DNA from: Euprymna scolopes
Lineage: Eukaryota
Assembly: GCA_053919585.1 (NCBI GenBank)
Contig: CM132813.1
Reading direction: 5' to 3' (one strand)
DNA length: 64,000 bases
Shown here: one piece after another, positions 12,691 through 26,792 of the stretch
Numbering within the stretch: the stretch's first letter is position 1
Layout of the letters: every line of letters begins with the position of its first letter
The notes under the pieces: model-generated
The model's database searches: none
Told to the model about the DNA's origin: nothing
What the model saw: only the letters and a program-made list of their open reading frames with translations
Program-made: the position numbers and the translations under genes

Positions 12691-13499
12691 TATATTAGTA
12701 GGTATGTGTATATGTATGTATGTAAATTTCTGTATATTGAGTGAAACATCAGTTGTAATGTTTCTATAGTTTAGTAAACCTATAAATTATCTTGATATAT
12801 GCGTTAGCTTATAATATCTCGTAATCACATCTCCATAATGTAACACAAATCATTCATCTTTTTAAGATAGAAAAGAGCTGACTGTGTTTTCGCGTGTTTC
12901 AAAGGAATTGCATTTTTGATAACACTTTGATATTATAAGAAATAAGTTAAATGAAATTTAACATGTGTTTGTTAAATCAAATATTATATAAAAGATATTT
13001 CGATAGAAATATAAAATGTACATCGGATGATAAACATGAAATATAGACATACAGCTATTACCAATAAAACATTTATATCATTTTTTCAAATCTCTATCAT
13101 TATATTTCATTATCAACGCTATAAGATATGCAAAGAGCACACACGTTCACACACCACACCCACTCACTGACATGAACACTCACACACACACACACACACA
13201 CCCACATATATATACATGTGTGTGTGTCTGAGTGTATGTGTGTGTGCGTGTGTGTGTGTGTGTGTTGACATCCTCGACATTGCCTGAGATTGAATAGTTG
13301 TCAATGTATATTCCACACTGCGAATAGGAATATTGTCATTGACATCAGTGAAATCTCCCTATTGGTAAATCAAATTGATTGATCGTCTGCTCTAGTCGGA
13401 AACAGAGAATTCGTGGTCGGAAGGAAGCTCTCATGATTCCTCCCTGTAGTTACTTTTTAACATAACATTGTAGTCGATATTCCACTATAGAGCACCTGC

Positions 13500-14315
13500 T
13501 TTGATTACATGTAATTATATTTTGTATATAGACTTGAATTAAACTTTACAAAGTAAACTTCGAGTATCAAGATAAAATTGTACTCTGAACAAAAGCATTC
13601 ATTTCTAACCCTCCCTATATTTTCAAATGCCCTACTGGATTTACAAAGCCGGCTCCCTCATTATGTGCGATGATTACGTTTCTCAAATGCACTTGTAATA
13701 TTAAAAAGTATAAAAATGTAAAATTTAGTAAACATTGAAGTGTTTGGATATTTTATACGCGGTGTTCGATACTTGTCTGAAATATTTTAATAATAACTTA
13801 TGTAAGGCTACTACTAGCCACATGAAGTACATTTACTAGAAAATTTAACAACAAAAAAAAAGTTTCCTTGTTTGGAAGGATATAAGATACGTAGTTTTAT
13901 TTTGTAATTTCGGTCCCCGGGTGGAAAATGATTTACTCTTTAAATCATTTAATCGGTGAATTAACTTGCTTTCTCGAATTCACAAAAACAGGGGGGGATT
14001 AGATTAAACCGTGGCATTTCGACAGTGTTGATGAAACACTATATGCGCAGACACGCACGCAGACTGACACAGACACATACACAGACACAGACACAGACAC
14101 ATACACACACACACATATATATATATTTATATACATTTGAAAATAATTTCTGAAGAGGACGCTTTACAGAACATCTGAAACGCGTAAGAACGGTTTCAAT
14201 GATTTAAAAACATTATTACAATGATCCACACATAATTCACAATGAAAAACCAAGACACGCAATAATAAAATAATGTTAAAAAATACACATTGTTGGTGAC
14301 TACCTCCTTATTTAA

Positions 14316-14365
<50 letters not shown>

Positions 14366-14690
14366 TCATATGTGGGGAACAATTTCATTAAGTAATACCT
14401 CTTATTTTTCATTCCACCTGAATTGATCAGGGATCCGAAAATATTGCAACTTACACTGCTAGAATAACCCGAGCTGTATAATAAGAAGCTAAAAACGTCA
14501 TCTATTTTTAGAGATATCGACAAAGTAAGCATATAAGAACACATCGCTTTGTCATGAACCTGTGGATAAAGTAGAGATACGTTTCATTGAATCCTGGCAA
14601 ATGTGTATTGGCAAGTGTGGTGACAATTTAAAAAATAAAAACCAGGACAAACAAATGTCGTTACTTTTAATTGTATCAATTCCCTTATAT
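13500..14690 (+). pseudogene. Decayed IR-like copy (S1 to M3); C-terminal part probably resumes at ~22030-22290 after the inserted elements
   Basis: FISNPPYIFK (13598-13627, S1 PPF-like); SYVGN (14366-14380, M3 SYxxN); AGESHLINK and AYFLLAI near 22130-22250. Very degenerate. Confidence 0.35.
14146..14190 (+). ncRNA. Minimal type I hammerhead ribozyme motif
   Basis: CTGAAGA (14150-14156), partly paired stem II, then GAAAC-GC-GTA (14177-14186) with an ACGCGT palindrome typical of dimeric PLE hammerheads. Confidence 0.65.
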
Positions 14691-14701
14691 ATATATATAT
14701 A

Positions 14702-17700
14702 TCTATATATATAAAAATGTAAAGTTGGTTCGTTCTAAAGAAATAAAACCATGTTTATACGTTACAAATTTATTTGAAATTTTCAGACAACCCATTTTTA
14801 GAGTCGAGTTATGTTTTTATGTTATTAAAATAAATTTACCATATTAAAATTAAAATATTAAATAAAATAAATATATTTATTTATCGTTTCTGCGAATCTG
14901 TTCTGTTGATAACACTGAACTTCCGGTTCGATTCATTTCACAGCCACGAATTGACGAAAGGTTTAATTTTCTGTTAACTCGATAAGTAAAAACAAAAAAA
15001 AAACAACAAAAACATTTTTCATTTGTTTATCTTCCAATTTTTTTTTATTTACACATCTTTTCTTTATTATATAAGGCCAAAAAAAAAAGTTTGTTGCTTG
15101 CTTTTGAGTTTGTTTTTCTATATAAGATTACTCATGCAGAGAGTGAGCCGTGCTGAAATAATGTTATTATTTAAAAAAATCATTCTTAACATGGGGAGGT
15201 AAGGATTTTTTGTACCTATTCTGTACTTTTACCTTACAATTGAATAAATAAAAAAAAACATATCGTAAGACGTTATTTAAACGTGGAAATATGATTTAAA
15301 AAATAGCGCGGCTCTCTGCATTAGCACCATTTTTATTTATTGTTGTTGTTTCACGAATTTTCGGCCAACTATTCCTCTGGCCTTCATGAAAAGAAGTCCT
15401 TTTATAAATGTTCAGTAACTTTTTCCTTTTATTATTCTTAAAGAGTAAAACTTTTCTTATTCCTTAAAGGAGTTAAGCCTACGTAAATAAATAAATGTCT
15501 GTGCACGTGACAAATTATCGATAAATGGTTTAGTTACTTTTTTTAAAAAATGTTTGTAAAAGTGCGATAGGCGACGTTGTTGTACAAACATTGCTCCCAT
15601 GCTTAATTTCTATACTTATAGGTTTTTGGAATTTTTTTCACTGGATTATTATTGATTGGACACTAATTAAACAGATTATTAAAAAATATATATATAAAAA
15701 GAAATCATTATTTCGACATTTGAAAGTGGTGCTCACTTTTTAGTTACAACGTTCTGATAAATCAGTCACCCATTTTGTAAGCAATAAAAACGCGGTATAT
15801 CAAAACCATAGAAAGTAAAAATAATGAGTCTCTACCGCATTTGTAAGTCAGAAATATATTTGTTTCTCAAAGAAAAAAAATAGAGAGAACAGGACTTTTT
15901 TTTATTGTTTTCATGAAAATACAGTTTCGAGATTTTTAATTATTTTTTTTTTACTTATTTAGTCAGTTTGTGTTTTTTTTTTAAATTGTTTTTGTGAAAG
16001 GTGAGTTTTTTTTCAAAACTTTTGTTTTGTTTGTTTTTAATGTTTTTAAAGTATTATAAATTTCACTAACATGCTTGAGAAATGTTTAATAATTTGGTAT
16101 TTTTTTAGATTAGGTCCACCTCCACAATTTTCCTTACAATGACAACATTTATAGGTTTCCGAGTATGCTGAACACGCAAATTGCATTGACATTTTGCGGA
16201 AATAAATAGTTGTATTATGCATTGTATTCTTCGGCGGCCATCTTTTTACGTGCACACGCGCCATAAACAAATACACACACGTAAAAAAGATGGCCGCCAA
16301 ATATTACAATGCATAATACAACTTTTTATATCTGGATAACTACTTATTTCTGCAAAATTTCGATGCGATTTTCGTATTCAGCATAGTCGAAAACCATTTC
16401 AAGTCGTCATTTAAAAGAAAATTGAGGAGGTGGACCTAATCTAAAAATTTACCAATAATTTTTAATCCCGTACGCCTCCCGATACATTGCTTCATCAACA
16501 TGCGACCATTTTATATCTCCCGAAGACACTTCCGTATTTAGAAAAAAAAATAAATAAATAAAAAGTGACCGATTTACCAGAACGTGGTAACTAAAAAGTG
16601 AGTATCCCTTTCAAATGTTGAAATGATTTTTTTTTTGTTCAATTTTTTTTCATAATCTGGTTAGTGTTCAATCAATAATAATCCAGTGAAAAAATTTCAA
16701 AAAACCTATCAGTATAGAAACTCCAACACGTAAGTCAATAAATAAAAAATGTTACGTACGCATGCGTTAGCCTTGACTAGGGGGATACTAAGGGAACGAC
16801 CATTAAATAATTCTGCGGGTCGCCATGGAACTCAACGCCCAAGGAGTATAAAAATAGTTTTCAGAATCAGAAGAAATTTTTGTTCCGAAAAGTGGGGGAT
16901 CACTTTTCCATCTAAATTTAACTTAAAATGAACACCCACTTTCTGGCCACCTGAGGAAGGGGCATTTATTTTCGTGTTTATTGGCTTAAAGTTTTTTTGA
17001 CAAGGCAGTTTGGTACGCGAATGCATATATAACAGTTTTCGTTTATGCTCACGCATAGCATAAACAAAGGCTACGTCTGTGAAATGGAAAATAGTCCCAG
17101 AGTTCAGGGGTTAATACCATGCAAAAGAAATCAAACAAAAAGACTTTTAAGCCAAGAAACACACAGAAAGAAAAAAAATAGCATCCATTTTTTTCTATCA
17201 AATTCATTTGCTGTTTTTATTGAAAACTATTTTCCCCCGGATTTTTTATATAATTTTCCATTAAGGGCTGTGCGTCTCACGTTCGTAAATAACAAAAAAT
17301 TTTTTGTAGATTTTGGTGTGCTATAAACGAATCTGCAAACCGTTTCCGTCACAAAAAAATAGTTTTTATGATATGAAGAAATTACTTTTTCGAAAAAGTG
17401 GCGATCACTTTTCCATGTAAATTTAACTTAAAATGAGCACCCACTTTCTAGCCACCTGAGAGAGGGGGGATTTTTTTCCCATGTTTATTGGCTAAACAGC
17501 TTTCGTTTATGCTTACGCATAGCGTAAACGAAGGCTACGGGTGTTAAATGGAAAATAGTCCCAGAGTTCAGGGGTTATTACCATGCAAAAGAAATCAAAC
17601 AAAACACTTTTTAGCCAAGAAACAGAAAAATGCCCCTCTTTCAGGTGGCCAGACAGTGGGTGCTCATTCTAAGTTAAATTTACATTGAAAAGTGATCACC

Positions 17701-19014
17701 CACTTTTCGAAAAAAGTAATTTCATGAATGTCATGAAAACTTTTTTTTTGCTACGTAAACGGTTTGCAGATTCGTTTTTAGCACACCGAAATCTACAATA
17801 AAATATTTCGTTATATACGAACGTGAAACGGGCCTTAAAGTAAAATAATACCGGATTTTTTTGAGCAGATTTGCCGTTTAGTTGTACAAATATCCTCACA
17901 CCAGGTAATCACTAAATGGGATTTTTAAATGTCGTCAACTGTATTGAGAAAATGTTTAAAACCACCGATTATATGCCAGCCTACATCATGGTAACATATA
18001 TTGAGTGAGTTCCTAATAGTATTTTTAGTTTAAACTCATTTTCCCAAAATTTCCCCAAACTTAACATGTTCGATACAGTCTGCCGCCATTTGTATTTTTC
18101 AGATATACCGATAAACATTGAATGTTTTTGAACCGATTATACATTACATAAAAACACTAAAATCTTATCCAGTTAGGTAGAAAACTTACTTTTCTTGCCA
18201 TTGATAACATTTATTTGTTATATATTTATTTTTTGACAACTTCTTTGTATCTGTGTTTAGTAATATAAACCCTTTTTATTTAATGTAACGTTTAGTCGGC
18301 TCGAAAAACAGTGTTTATTGGTGTATTTGAAAGCTACAAATGGTGGTGGACACTGTTGATTATTTTAAGTTAGAGAAAGTGAGTTAAAACTAAAAAAAAC
18401 TATACAAAATACTGTCAGAAGCCTACCGAGAGTGCCAGCCTATGTAATGGTAACATATGTTCGGTGAGTTTCAGACACTGTTTTGTATAGTTTTTAGTTT
18501 TCAACTTACTGTCCCAAACTTAACGTATTCAACAGAATTCGCGACCATTTCTTTTTTTTGAGCAAATTAAACATTTTACATTACATAAAAACACTAAACA
18601 ATTATCCAATTATGTAGAAACGTAAATTACCTTACCTTTGCTTTCATTTATTTGTTTTTGGACGACTTTTTCGAATCTTGTTATAGTAACCCCCCTCCCC
18701 CCACCATCAACCAACTATTAATTACTAAATCACATTTTTTAAAACAAAAAAAAAAGCATTTAGCGTTTCAACATTTTTGCTACGTTCGGCTTCATCCGCT
18801 GATTGTTGGTCAAGTCCAAAACATGAATGATTAACAGAAGCTCTCGAGGATCCAGATCAAAATCTGCAAGAGCACCATTTTTTTCAGTTTCGCCTTCTTT
18901 TTCTCTTTTTGCAGTGGATTGCTGTACTAATATAAGAAACATGCATTTTCTCTTTTATTAATTTTTTCCATTACACCAAATTGAGCCACTGCAACGCGTG
19001 GCAGGGTACATCTA

Positions 19015-19015
<1 letters not shown>
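14702..19015 (+). mobile_element. 4.3-kb non-autonomous Helitron with internal nested inverted and direct repeats
   Basis: 5' end A|TCTATATATATAAAAATG. 3' end GCCACTGCAACGCGTGGC hairpin and CTAG|T. No coding capacity. Confidence 0.7.
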
Positions 19016-19080
<65 letters not shown>

Positions 19081-19200
19081 GAGTTTAGTTTCCTAGAAGT
19101 ACATCCAATGAAACAACATGTGTCTACCAAAATAGTGCTCAATGAGTGAACAGAGCAGGTATATTAATTTTATTTATACAAACATTAATGGCTACATATG

Positions 19201-19252
19201 TGCATACATGTTTCTGTAATCACCCACGTTGGGGGATTACGTCCTCAGGCAA
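19201..19252 (-). ncRNA. Hammerhead ribozyme motif (left arm)
   Basis: Reverse complement of the 21835-21886 motif. Confidence 0.65.
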
Positions 19253-21134
19253 AGAATTACCTTCAAAAGTGACATTTCCACCAAATACATTTTTCTATTT
19301 CGTTTATCAAGTTAAAATACAACCTGGGTGGGAGTCAAAAAAAAAAACAAGAAACGGTAAAAGGATGAGTGAGGTCTTTGAAGATAATAAGCATCTTTTT
19401 TCTTTTCCCCTTCCCCCATCCAACCTAACTTTTGGCTTTTTATGGCATAGGGTACTTGAGAGTTCAGTTTTCTTGTCTTAGAGTCTGTAAGTTAATAACC
19501 TTAGCTATAGTCAACCAAGTACTGACCGGTGCCTTTTAATCTACCTCCACCCACACATACATGGAACACACACATAATGCACACATACACAGACACTGCC
19601 AAACACACAGATACACACATTAATACATATATTCAAAAGCGAATCCATGCTGAACGCTCTTTGTTTTATTTACTGAAACTAGACAATAATTCTGAAACTA
19701 CGAAGAAATAAAGTAAAAATTACATTAAGGTAAATAAAACAAAACAAAAACAAAAATAAAAAATAAATAAATAAGAATAAAAATAAATTTAATTAAAACA
19801 AATAAACCAACAAAATATGAATAAATATAAAACCCGAAAGTTATCTAAACCCCACATGTACCTATATGCGTGTATCAATACACTTATAAATTTCTACATT
19901 TATCTACACCGCGCATATATACACATACACATTACAGACATACAGAGACAAATAATAGTGTTTTTCTTTACTTATGTAGCGTGGTAACCTCTTCGTATAT
20001 GCAATATTATGCTNNNNNNNNNNNNNNNNNNNNNNNNNNNNNNNNNNNNNNNNNNNNNNNNNNNNNNNNNNNNNNNNNNNNNNNNNNNNNNNNNNNNNNN
20101 NNNNNNNNNNNNNNNNNNNNNNNNNNNNNNNNNNNNNNNNNNNNNNNNNNNNNNNNNNNNNNNNNNNNNNNNNNNNNNNNNNNNNNNNNNNNNNNNNNNN
20201 NNNNNNNNNNNNNNNNNNNNNNNNNNNNNNNNNNNNNNNNNNNNNNNNNNNNNNNNNNNNNNNNNNNCCATACATTTTTGTAATCTATATTGTTACAACA
20301 ATTCTATACGAGGCAGCCTATTCTAATAGTTCAGAAATATACATGTATATACATACATCTACATACAATAGACACAGAGATACATCCACATACAAACATA
20401 CACACAGATATATAGATACAGAGAGATATATATATATATATAAACATACAAACATACATGCATACATAAAATACACTTATACATACAAACTCACACAAAT
20501 ATAGACGTATACATATATACATGCATACATGTACCGTGCCACCAAATGATACATCTAAAGTAGAAACAGACACGAATACATTTACTATATAAATTCACTT
20601 TTTCTATCAAATTCCACACGTCTAGTTATGTTTCATGGCCCCATCCGCTTGTTACACTTGCCTAAGTTGTAGGTTTTTACCGTAAAAATTGGCACTACGT
20701 AAAAATTTATATTGAATTCAGCATGAATTTCATAGGGTTATCCTCATATTTAACAAACATTCTTTCGATGGTAAGGCAGATATACATAAGATGTATCACG
20801 ATACAATAATAATATATAATAACATATGACAGAAATCAGAGTATTAAGGTAATACAAACCGAGTATATAAGCTTATATATTGTAGTACTTACCTTCATCT
20901 TTGTTTATTCACTCTAATACCCTTATTCCCTTTTCTTCCATTCACCCTTCATTCCTTACTTTCTTTCATCTATGTATTTCTTCATTTTTTTTTTTTATAT
21001 GAATAAATTATTTTTCCTACCCGGGTATATAAAGATCATATATCCATACATGTACACACCCAAAAATATCCATAAGCATACATTATTACGAGCTTCACTC
21101 AAAACGATCTATTACTCATTTGGTTCAAATATAC

Positions 21135-21478
21135 CTTCATACAGGTACTTATTTCGGCTAGTAATACCATAACTGCTCGATGAAGTAGAATATTAAATGG
21201 CTTAGGTAACCCATACGGGTATGATTATAGTTGCGACCTCACTTAACCTCTTTGTGGGGGGGTTATTTGATGGGGGTTAGTTGTACTTATAGCAGTTCCA
21301 GTCTCCTAATTTAGAGTTCCTTAAGTGCGTGTATTCTGAAATGTTAGCAGGATATAGCAGTTTCTTGTTTAATATTCAATAATTTTTCTCTGTCTTTAAA
21401 CCTAGTTATCTCAAGTTTTTCTGATAAGCATAATAGACATGGTGAGTTCAATGAGTGGCAAGTATTGGCCCTCCTAAT
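21135..21478 (-). mobile_element. 3' fragment of a PLE (endonuclease C-terminus and degenerate hammerhead)
   Basis: IRRANTCHSLNSPCLLCLSEKLEITRFKDREKLLNIKQETAISC*H contains CxLCLxEK..LLN..C.H, the PLE endonuclease tail. Downstream is GAAA-TAAGTACCTG-TA with a CTTCA/TGAAG stem. Confidence 0.65.
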
Positions 21479-21834
21479 ATGTGTTTGGCGGTGTCTGTGT
21501 ATGTGTGTATTATGTGTGTGTTTCATGTATGTGTGGGTGGAGGTAGATTAAAAGGCACCGGTCAGTACTTGGTTGACCATAGCTAAGGTTATTAACTTAC
21601 AGACTCTAAGACAAGAAAACTAAACTCTCAATGTACCCTATGCCATAAAAAGCCAAAAGTTAGGTTGGATGGGGGAAGGGGAAAAGAAAAAAGATGTTTA
21701 TTATCTTCAAAGACTTCACTCATCCTTTTACCGTTTCTTGTTTTTTTTTTGACTCCCACCCAGGTTGTATTTTAACTTGATAAACGAAATAGAAAAATGT
21801 ATTTGGTGGAAATGTCACTTTTGAAGGTAATTCT

Positions 21835-21886
21835 TTGCCTGAGGACGTAATCCCCCAACGTGGGTGATTACAGAAACATGTATGCA
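21835..21886 (+). ncRNA. Hammerhead ribozyme motif (right arm)
   Basis: CTGAGGA (21839-21845), stem II GTAATC/GATTAC, then GAAAC-AT-GTA (21873-21882, ACATGT palindrome). Stem I is imperfect. Confidence 0.65.
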
Positions 21887-21932
21887 CATATGTAGCCATT
21901 AATGTTTGTATAAATAAAATTAATATATATAT

Positions 21933-21993
<61 letters not shown>

Positions 21994-22736
21994 ACGCGAA
22001 AAAGAGAGAGGCGAAAGAAGAGATTGAGAAACATCATCGTTATCATACCGAGTAAGCAATGCCACCTATAATATCATATTTACTTACTAATATTAGTTAC
22101 CTCTACACGAAATAATGTAATCATGGCTGGTGAATCTCATTTAATTAATAAAAATATTTAAAAAAAATCTTATTCTGCCATTAAGAGTTTGTTCCTGGGT
22201 AATTTTCCTTATTGCATTTAACGGCATGCATATTTTCTATTAGCAATTACTCCATCAAAATTACTAACATTAATAAGATATAAATTTTTACCTTTTGATT
22301 AGTTATATTATTTATTTGTAAATGTTATTAGACGACCTTAAGACTAATTTTAGAGAGTGTTGATACACTTGACAGTTTTCGTTCTAGATTGTTTTCTTAT
22401 GAATAAAACAAATTTTCCGCATTTATTTTGAAGATGCCATCCAAATGATAAATATTACAGTCATTTCATAATATGTGTTGTTATATTTTGTCAATGGTCG
22501 TTATATAAGATTAGTTCCATGTGTATATATTTAATATACTAAAACAGAGACCTTACTGGTGGATAAACGAATATTCGAGGCCTGACCTTACTGCGAATAT
22601 TCCACATTTCCAGTATTTTTATTGGTATAGGTATCAGAAGTGTCATCTATTTCTAATACAATTGGTAGATTTCTAACTTTAGTTCTGACCTCATTGTAGT
22701 GTATTGAAAATGACCTTCACATGTAATCTGCAGTGA

Positions 22737-23315
22737 TTTTTTTAATTTTACACAGTGATCACCACTTATCAAGGCCCGGAAGCCACTCAGGGATAAGGGT
22801 TATTGCAAGTACATTACGTTAGTGTGGAGATTTGATGAAGTGTTTACTTAAGGGGTCAGTTCATTAGGAATTTGTTAACATTGGACTTGAAGGCATCCAA
22901 GTTGTAGTCCGATGGGAAGCAGGCAGACGGAACAGAGTTCCACAGGCGTGCAGTTCTAAGAAAGAAGCTCCGTTCATGGCATCCGCGTTTTGATTTAGGC
23001 ACAGATATAGAGTGGGGGAAATTTTTCACAGTGGATTCAGCTAGACGGGGTTTTTTTCGTGAAAGATTGGCGATTGGCGAGGGGGGGACCAGAGATTGGA
23101 GTTCAGACGAGCACCTGCCATGGAAATAAAGATAAAACACGGATAGGCTCGCAACGTCTCTTCAGTGGGAGAGAGGTTGCAGGGTAGAGAAAAGGGCATC
23201 CCCCACTAAGCCACGAAGTCTATTTTGTACCCTGCCAAGGCAGGATAGGCTGTTTTTAGCAGCTCCTGCCCAGATATGGCAACAGTATTCCATCCTTGGA
23301 CGTACTTGGCTGTTA
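22737..23315 (-). mobile_element. 5'-truncated CR1/L2-group LINE, 3' end
   Basis: MEYCCHIWAGA...[31 protein letters not shown], a short 3' UTR and an A-rich tail. Confidence 0.85.
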
Positions 23316-23724
23316 ACAGTGAAATGTACCGTATATTGCACTGTGGATAACGTAATTTTTAATTCATAGCATATTTCTCATATAATATCTTCAATTTAAA
23401 TTTAAAGTTAAAATGGCAAGTAGCATTGTTTAATCGTGCTCTTAACAGATTTAGCATGTGCGCCGGCCATATTGACAGAAAACTCTGTCGATTTCATTCA
23501 CCAGCCTTCTTCTCAGGTGAAGAACATTTTTCAAATTCCTTGTAAAGTTAGTTTGTATACGGTCATTAACGGTGATTAAACTCAGAGGGTTTGTTTATTT
23601 TAACTGATATGTCGATCATCGCTTATCGATGCTTATCTGTTACATTCCGCTGTAAAGCTTACGTACCGATATTTTCCGATTAAAAAAATGTACAGATTTT
23701 TCTTAAATTTAAAAAAAAAAGTTC

Positions 23725-23923
23725 ATTTTTTTTTGTTTTTGTTTACACATTGATCACCACTTATCAAGGCCCGGAAGCCACTCAGGGATAAGGGTTATTG
23801 CAAGTACATTATGTTAGTGTGGAGATGAAGTGTTTACTAAAGGGGGCAGTTCATTAGTAATTTGTTAACGTTGGACTTGAACACATCCAAGTTGTAGTCC
23901 GATGGGAAGCAGGCAGATGGAAC
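23725..23923 (-). mobile_element. Second, shorter 3' end of the same LINE family
   Basis: Near-identical to ~22750-22935, with an A-rich tail. Confidence 0.85.
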
Positions 23924-23993
23924 CTCAGTTGTGTATCGAAATTCATAGGCATTAAACTCACACACAGGCAGACGAATTTGCACACAGATTTGC

Positions 23994-24048
<55 letters not shown>

Positions 24049-24075
24049 GGGGTATGTATATATATGGAGTGTATG

Positions 24076-24114
<39 letters not shown>

Positions 24115-24759
24115 AGATATGTATATAGATTTGTGTATATATATAAACTTTATGGTTTTACGATCCATCGACACAGTATGAATGAAATTATACTATATAA
24201 GATATTACAGATATACACCTGAGAATAGTAATAACACAAAGATTGAAAATAATAAGCTAAAATAAAATGACAGCGAATTGCAGCTTTAATGGGTGATTTG
24301 ATTTGGTCATTCCGAGGTGAATTTTTGAAGGTGACTCATTTGTACCTCTATTATATCTCATATTTACTCTGTTTTCATTTTAATAAAAAATTAAATCTTG
24401 GCGATAATGACAGATTATATTATGTAAAACTGTATGCATTTCATTAAATAACCGTTACACAAATATATTCAATAAAATATAAAACAACATCTTACACTAA
24501 CCCAAACCCCAAAAACAAAACAACAGCCCTAAACCTCAATCTAAGCCCCCAAATCCCTATTCCCCAAACACTACCTCTATCTAAAATATTAACGGCGCAA
24601 ACCTAACTAAGGTTTTCAATCAAGTGAAAAGATATACTGCTATTATGTTCACATAAATAAAACAATATGTATTCATGGGGCTTACGGCATGCTGATATAT
24701 TTAGTCTATTATTTATTTATTTATTTATTTATTTGTTATTAATGTCCAATAAATGTTAG

Positions 24760-25060
24760 TTTCTGTTTCCTGGCATTTTTACATATGATCGGGTTTCGCC
24801 TTTTCAACGGCGCTTACCATATATCAGCGGTGACGTCAAGCATCGTTCGAGCACTAGAAGATATATATGAGTCATCTGCTTTGTAATATACCATAATACA
24901 GACTTCCGATTCATTCACCACTACCATCCTGCTCTATTGTTTTGGACTAGGGGTATTACAAAATTCACAAAACAGACAAATTAGACTTTTACCTGCAACT
25001 ATTTAAAACTATTTATTGTGATAACTTTACGTTATCATACATTGCAAATCTAATAAAACA
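24760..25060 (+). pseudogene. IR-like pseudogene fragment, S2 end and pre-M4 (copy may begin ~22445)
   Basis: IVRALEDIYESSAL*Y (24842-24889; compare IYESGLLQ) followed by C......RQIRLL. Confidence 0.55.
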
Positions 25061-26792
25061 TAACATAGCCAGATTTAGAATGAATTCGTCAAGGTTTAAA
25101 GCATAAGTAATTATTACAAACGTTATATTTTTTAAATAAAATGTATATTAGCAGACAATAAGAAACTTTAACAATCTATTTCACAAATATATTCTTCTTT
25201 TCAATAGTTCTCATCTGACTATTTTAAACGTCTGATGTTAGATCTGCAATAAAAGTTACTGGTTAGTTGTAGCAACTTTAACTGACTCCCAGACATCTCA
25301 CACTGTGTTGCAATACATTTCGTAAACATTAAAATCCCTCTGGAGTATGTTTCCCACGTTATCATTTGGATCAAATAAATATCTCAAAGGGTATGTTGAG
25401 GAAAGTATAGTTAGCAAATTTTTGGTTCAACAGTTGTTACTATAAGTTAATATACAACGTGGTATGTGTCTTCCATAAATATCATATATCAATGACACCG
25501 TAGCAATTGCTTATCTAGACGATCAGGGAAATGCTGACAAACGTTTAAATGTAATCTAATAGCCTAATTATTATAATCCGTCGATCTTGAAATTTAAAAT
25601 TCAAGATCAAAAAAAAATTAATATTGCTCCTATATAAGGTTAAACTGGCTTCTCTGTATTTTTTTAATGACTTTAGTTTGTTAAGCTTTTTCCAGATAGT
25701 GCAATATGCGTTTTTTGACCACTGCTCGTAATTTACCAAATTAATTTAATCTATTGTCCAACATACATTAAAACACTGTAGTTGTGCAATTAAATTGTGT
25801 TATCAAGAACTGCATTCGGCTGATGAGAAATATTTTCTTGGGCTACTTATGGATACTAGCCAATGCTCTGAGTGTTTCGCATATTACACTATGCTGAGCA
25901 GTTTTAAAATTTTACGCTCTAACCTGTTTGGTTATTTACGCTGATGATAGTTTCTCCAGTCAAACAGTTTTCATAAATAATTAAGAGTTTTGGAATCGTT
26001 AACAGTATAGAATTATTGCACCGTGAAAGACAGTACCAATTCTAGCACTGTTCAATGAATGGTAATTATTACAATGAAACACTTTTATCTAAATATATTC
26101 TTCATTTCTTATGACGTATTTGATATATACTTGATTTTATTATTCTTATAAGGTAAGCCACATGTGTTGTCTTGCCCAGAGATAGAACATTAATTTTATA
26201 AATCGTAAACGCGTGATTATAGAACCTATTGTTCTGTTTCAAAGCATTACTGCCCTAGCATTGAAACGTACACTTTGATTCTAAACAACGATGTATAACA
26301 TTATATATCAGTTCTTACGGCTGTTACCTACTAAGATCCTAAGGCTAAGAACGACAAATTTACTAACATGGATTAAAAAAAAAACTCGTTTCTTTTCACC
26401 CGTTGATAAGTTTCAAGTAATTTACTGCAGTTTCTCAAAGAAGTACGAATACGAATTAATTTTAAACTATGTTGCTTATTATGTATATGAGTATACAACA
26501 CTGATCTATTTTAGTAGATAGTCCGTTTAAAAACATCATGGAACTATGCAGCAAATATAGTTTGTTGAATTTTTCCATCGAATTAATGGTATAAAACACT
26601 TAGAACAACTCTTAGTTGAGTAGGCATTTTTCTTGAAACAATTCTTAGTAAAATGGCCAATCGAAAAACTCTTCGTCGAACAACACATTTCTAGGATTTC
26701 TAAATTTTACATAACTGTCACATTTCTAGCATTTAATTATAGTCGTTCTGGGATTAAATATTGTGTTAGTTATTAAGTAATATATGTATATA

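Larger units (their letters stand above)
19081..21925 (-). mobile_element. PLE-derived element with ~450-bp inverted pseudo-LTRs, each carrying a hammerhead, plus an ~80-bp tail
   Basis: 19160-~19610 is a near-identical reverse complement of ~21478-21925. The extension 19081-19160 also occurs at 56390-56468. Confidence 0.7.

Noticed and set aside
24499-24585. Telomere-like C-rich tract
   Set aside because: A degenerate low-complexity stretch without true TTAGGG/TTAGG units.
24818-24992. Apparent - strand exon encoding a Ly6-like LICLFCEFC peptide, with AG/GT sites
   Set aside because: It has an in-frame stop and no partner exons. The + strand reading (IYESSAL*) fits the IR-like array better.
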